Positions 60,832 through 64,000 of a stretch of 64,000 nt of DNA are shown piece by piece; positions within the stretch are counted from its first letter, which is position 1; every line of letters begins with the position of its first letter. The stretch spans positions 153 through 64,152 of the forward strand of contig JBEKDT010000002.1 in assembly GCA_050014195.1 (NCBI GenBank), read 5' to 3'. Below the pieces are notes generated by a model that was given only the letters and a program-made list of their open reading frames with translations, was not told where the DNA came from and did not search any database. This DNA is from Desulfomonilia bacterium. Lineage in GTDB: Bacteria > Desulfobacterota > Desulfomonilia > UBA1062. Made by a program: the position numbers and the translations under genes.

Positions 60832-61690
60832 GGCGGTGACTCAGATGATTCAGAAGTACCCGTGTACCAGGCTTGAGGATTATGTCAAGGCACTACGGGA
60901 GATCATCCAGGAGATTGCCCTGCTCGGTCTGTGGCGGAGCAAGTTTTTTGACAAGGCGGCATTCTATGGAGGAACGGCCTTGAGAATTCTCTATGGACTT
61001 GACAGATTCTCGGAAGACCTTGACTTCACCCTGCTTGAGCCTATGGGTGATTTCGATCTCGGTTCTTTCGGTTCATCCCTTGAAAAAGAGCTCCAGGCAT
61101 TCGGGTTTGATATGCATCTTGAGCAGAAAAACAGGGCTGTTCAACGCCCTGTGCAATCCGCATTTCTCAAGGCAGAGACCTTTAGCCAGATGCTTGTTAT
61201 CGAAATTGGTGAAGAGATGCTCCGGGAAATCCCCAAGGGACAATTACTTAAGATCAAGCTGGAGGTCGATACAGACCCTCCTCCCCATTTTTCCACCGAA
61301 ACAAAGTACATGCTGGCCCCCATTCCATTTTCCGTGAGGGTGCTTGTATTGCCGGATCTGTTCGCAGGGAAGATGCATGCCGTGCTGTGCCGGAGGTGGA
61401 AGACCCGGGTAAAGGGAAGAGACTGGTACGACCTTGTATGGTACATAACCAACCATCCAGAGCTTCACCTTACACACCTTGAGCAGAGAATGCGGCAGAC
61501 CGGTGACTGGCATGGCGCAGAAAAACTAACAAGCAAAGCGTTTTACCAGGCGCTTCATGCAGCTATAGATTCACTCGACATCAACAAGGCACGAAGTGAG
61601 GTGTCACCATTTGTGAAGGACCCCGAAGCGCTGTCGATATGGTCGAAGGAATTCTTCCATGATATTGTGTCTCGGATAAGGCTGGCGTGA
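60824..61690 (+). CDS. abiEii: AbiEii/AbiGii-family nucleotidyltransferase toxin (DUF1814)
   Basis: Pol-beta-type NTase motif GGTALRILYGLDRFSEDLDF; start set at MHEAVTQ (ATGCATGA overlap with the abiEi stop). Confidence 0.75.
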   Translation: MHEAVTQMIQKYPCTRLEDYVKALREIIQEIALLGLWRSKFFDKAAFYGGTALRILYGLDRFSEDLDFTLLEPMGDFDLGSFGSSLEKELQAFGFDMHLEQKNRAVQRPVQSAFLKAETFSQMLVIEIGEEMLREIPKGQLLKIKLEVDTDPPPHFSTETKYMLAPIPFSVRVLVLPDLFAGKMHAVLCRRWKTRVKGRDWYDLVWYITNHPELHLTHLEQRMRQTGDWHGAEKLTSKAFYQALHAAIDSLDINKARSEVSPFVKDPEALSIWSKEFFHDIVSRIRLA

Positions 61691-61989
61691 TGCAAGAAGG
61701 ATTTTTCTCCATGGCCTAAATTTTCGGATCTGTCTGAAGCAAGATTAAGCCCAACAGAAATATCTCACAACGATCCGGGAATATTATCATTGATGTTACA
61801 TAATAAAATGCGGGGGAAATCGCCTACTACGTCGCGCTCATCCTGACCGCTCCTGCGTAGGCTCCCCTCCGCTCGCTGACGCGGACATCCTGTCCACTTT
61901 TCAGCCACCGGCTGCGCTCGCTCCGCTTCGATTCCCTATGTCTACACAAACAAAAAAAGGGTAGTCGCATTGCGACCACCCTTCATTCT

Positions 61990-62344
61990 TGGTGGAGGCG
62001 GGGGGAATCGAACCCCCGTCCGAAGACCTTCAACCAAAGGCATCTACATGCTTAGTCTGTGTATTAAAGTCTCGGACTCGTTCTGCCCACAGACAGGCTT
62101 CCCGGTCCCAACCCCTCTTTGTTACCCTGACAGCCCAGGGGTCTGACTGAAAGGTTTGCCCATCATAATTTGACATCCAAACATGACCCGATGAGCGGGG
62201 TCATGCCGGACGGGCTACTCGTTAGGCAGCCATTGCGTAGTTGTAATCGTCGGCACTTATCGTGTCTCTGCCTGTTTTACGAGTCAGCAGAACTCGGCAT
62301 GCTCCTCGGGCATCAACTGCCCCCGTCGAACCCATTACGCCCCC
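61990..62344 (-). ncRNA. ssrA: tmRNA (ssrA)
   Basis: Minus-strand 5' GGGGGCGUAAUGGGUUCGACGGGGG pairs with the 3' CGCCUCC-A-CCA acceptor (G3:U wobble). tRNA-like T-arm GGGGGUUCGAUUCCCCC. Tag reading frame GCCGACGAUUACAACUACGCAAUGGCUGCCUAA gives ADDYNYAMAA*. About 355 nt. Confidence 0.9.
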
Positions 62345-62394
62345 GTGGGTTATTTATATTCAATAGTATCACTGCTTGAATTTGTCAAATCGGC

Positions 62395-62955
62395 TCAGCC
62401 AAAGGCATCCTCGATGAGTTCGCACAGGATATGGCCTATAAGGATATGCGCCTCCTGCACCCTCGGGGTGTCGGCTGATGGAATGCAAAGGGCACAGTCC
62501 ACCATGTCTTTGATCTTGCCGCCCTCGCCCGTGAGTCCGATAGTTGTGATTTCCATAGTGCGGGCAGTCTCTATGGCCCTGATCACATCTTTTGAATTGC
62601 CGCTTGTGGATATACCCACAAAGAGGTCCCCTGCCCTGCCGAGGGCCATGAGCTGTTTAGCAAATATCTCATCAAAGGCATAGTCATTTCCAATGGAAGT
62701 GATTACCGATGTATCGGTGGTAAGTGCGAGTCCTGCAAGAGGCTTACGTTCTTTTTTAAACCTGTTTACCAGCTCTGCTGCAAGATGCTGAGCATCAGCC
62801 GCCGAACCTCCGTTCCCTGCAAACATTGCCTTGCCGCCCGCCTCGATACATTCGATCATCATGCGGGCAGCCTGTGCAATCTTAGGGCCAAGCGACTTAA
62901 GCCGCCCATGGAGTTCCTGGCTCTCGAGAAAAATAGAATAGATCTTATCTTCCAT
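62395..62955 (-). CDS. gmhA: D-sedoheptulose-7-phosphate isomerase (SIS domain)
   Basis: SIS motifs GNGGSAADAQH and GISTSGNS; 186 aa. Confidence 0.8.
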   Translation of the reverse strand: MEDKIYSIFLESQELHGRLKSLGPKIAQAARMMIECIEAGGKAMFAGNGGSAADAQHLAAELVNRFKKERKPLAGLALTTDTSVITSIGNDYAFDEIFAKQLMALGRAGDLFVGISTSGNSKDVIRAIETARTMEITTIGLTGEGGKIKDMVDCALCIPSADTPRVQEAHILIGHILCELIEDAFG

Positions 62956-63188
62956 GGTTAATCCTCAGGCTTTGGTAATTACTTGTATCATAATATGTGA
63001 GAAAGGCCCTTACCACAAGGATCAAAATACCATGCAAGCATTGGGGGTACCTCTTAAATATTTAACACTCCGAAATGAGGAGGATGCTTTCTCTTCTGTA
63101 ATTTATGCAAAATCGGGGATCTCTTGATTTGAGCAATTATAGAAAGAAAGAGTTATAGGCTGTATGCTATCTTGAAAAGTGAGTGCTG

Positions 63189-63461
63189 CTATACCCTGAA
63201 GTGGCCGTCTCTTTGTGAGTAGTCTAAAAGAAATTCCCTGCGATGTGCTTTAAAGAAACTCACGAATTCTTTATTGTATTCCTCCAGGCTTCCAAAGCTC
63301 CTGAACATCTCATCGAGGTCGCACTCACTGACCATTCTGTTTATGTCGGGATCAAATTGTAGTTCTTCATTGGTGATGATTGAAAGTTCAACACCTTGGA
63401 ACGGATTAAGCGTTATCCGCCTCCAGTATTTCCTGAGCACATGTAACATCCATGTAAACAT
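63189..63461 (-). CDS. Hypothetical small protein (weak)
   Basis: 90-aa ORF in an otherwise empty 620-bp gap; no domain recognised. Confidence 0.25.
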   Translation of the reverse strand: MFTWMLHVLRKYWRRITLNPFQGVELSIITNEELQFDPDINRMVSECDLDEMFRSFGSLEEYNKEFVSFFKAHRREFLLDYSQRDGHFRV

Positions 63462-63578
63462 GTTTTAATCCCTGCCGGATACATATTCTGATAAGTGACT
63501 TATCGGCCTTGAGGACTAAACCTTGAGCGTACCCTCTCCGTAAAGAATCAAGGCCCCTGTGCCGATAGGGCAATTGAC

Positions 63579-63899
63579 ATGAAAGGCTCTATAAAAGACC
63601 TCTTGCAGATACCAGGTGTGCAAGGCTATATTATAGGACAAGGGAAAGGTATGCAGATCAAGCTGCCTGGAAAACACAAATTTTCAGGGGCGAAAGACAG
63701 ACTCATGATCCTCTATAAGGACCTCATAAGTGACAACGACCGCCCCGGCAATACCGTAGAAATTCTCTTGGATGATGTGCTTCTTACGGTCTTCCTCTCG
63801 GGCAGCACCATGCTGATGGTTCTATCGAGCCTGAGGGTTAACCAGGCTTTGCTTAGGATGACCGGCAAGCTAATTATTGCGAATATGAGCAAGGAGTAG
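63579..63899 (+). CDS. Roadblock/LC7 (MglB-like) domain protein
   Basis: LLQIPGVQGYIIGQGKGMQIKL pattern typical of Roadblock/LC7; 106 aa. Confidence 0.55.
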   Translation: MKGSIKDLLQIPGVQGYIIGQGKGMQIKLPGKHKFSGAKDRLMILYKDLISDNDRPGNTVEILLDDVLLTVFLSGSTMLMVLSSLRVNQALLRMTGKLIIANMSKE

Positions 63900-63903
63900 C
63901 AGT

Positions 63904-64000
63904 ATGAAGCAGGATATCAGCGGCGATCTTCAGAACACCAGGTGCCCGGAGATCATCAAGATCCTCTCCTTGGGCAAACGGACAGGGAGGCTCTACCTCA
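63904..64000 (+). CDS. DUF4388 domain protein (5' part only)
   Basis: MKQDISGDLQNTRCPEIIKILSLGKRTGRLYL matches the DUF4388 N-terminal GxL...LLQ.L...KTG.L signature and continues beyond the window. Confidence 0.55.
   Translation, partial: MKQDISGDLQNTRCPEIIKILSLGKRTGRLYL

Noticed and set aside
62170-62683. ORFs 62170..62379 (+) and 62345..62683 (+)
   Set aside because: They lie within or antisense to the tmRNA gene and the gmhA coding region; they are shadow ORFs.

Overview
This is a bacterial chromosomal window. SelA, 2-hydroxyacyl-CoA dehydratase-type radical enzymes, a Roadblock/DUF4388 module and a two-CW protein suggest an anaerobe, possibly deltaproteobacterial, but no taxon can be proven from the sequence. 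Coding density is high and genes lie on both strands. The main blocks are as follows. (1) Housekeeping genes at 1-5.3 kb: an RluD-like pseudouridine synthase, a patatin-like phospholipase, selA and a plsC-like acyltransferase. (2) A complete N-type (atpDCQRBEFAG order) ATPase operon at 8.2-15.1 kb with a b/delta fusion and an ES...Y c-subunit motif. (3) A pair of 2-hydroxyacyl-CoA dehydratase D-component subunits with no activator in the window. (4) A secreted SGNH hydrolase followed by a Lif-like lipase foldase, then a rearrangement scar at 25.9-26.35 kb: a frameshifted IS transposase N-terminal remnant next to a ~118-bp imperfect copy of a gene 3' end from 4.4 kb upstream. (5) Several uncharacterised small or secreted genes: a standalone two-CW protein, a secreted carboxypeptidase-regulatory-like protein with a membrane partner, a P-loop ATPase with DUF975 and DUF2007 proteins, and a DUF2844/DUF3443 pair carrying pepsin-like DTGS/DSGS motifs. 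(6) A large beta-oxidation-like lipid or alicyclic catabolic cluster at 33-54 kb: SDRs, an amidohydrolase, an OYE-type Fe-S flavoprotein, two acyl-CoA ligases, an acyl-CoA dehydrogenase, a crotonase, an SCP-x thiolase with its DUF35 partner, a TPP enzyme, SCP2, a Zn-ADH and an NAD epimerase. It is bounded by an unusual tandemly duplicated MerR-HTH/TetR fusion regulator, a second TetR regulator and strong palindromic operator candidates. (7) A diadenylate cyclase CdaA fused to YbbR (CdaR-like) domains. (8) An ssrA tmRNA at 61.99-62.34 kb with a 29-nt copy of its 3' end 2.2 kb away; the two bracket a mini-island carrying an AbiEi/AbiEii pair. Heptamer tandem repeats of one consensus occur 3' of two unrelated genes. 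No CRISPR arrays or rRNA/tRNA genes were found. The most novel candidates are the MerR-TetR double fusion, the CdaA-YbbR fusion, the DUF2844/DUF3443 putative aspartic-protease pair, the SGNH hydrolase plus Lif foldase pairing, and the tmRNA-flanked mini-island.
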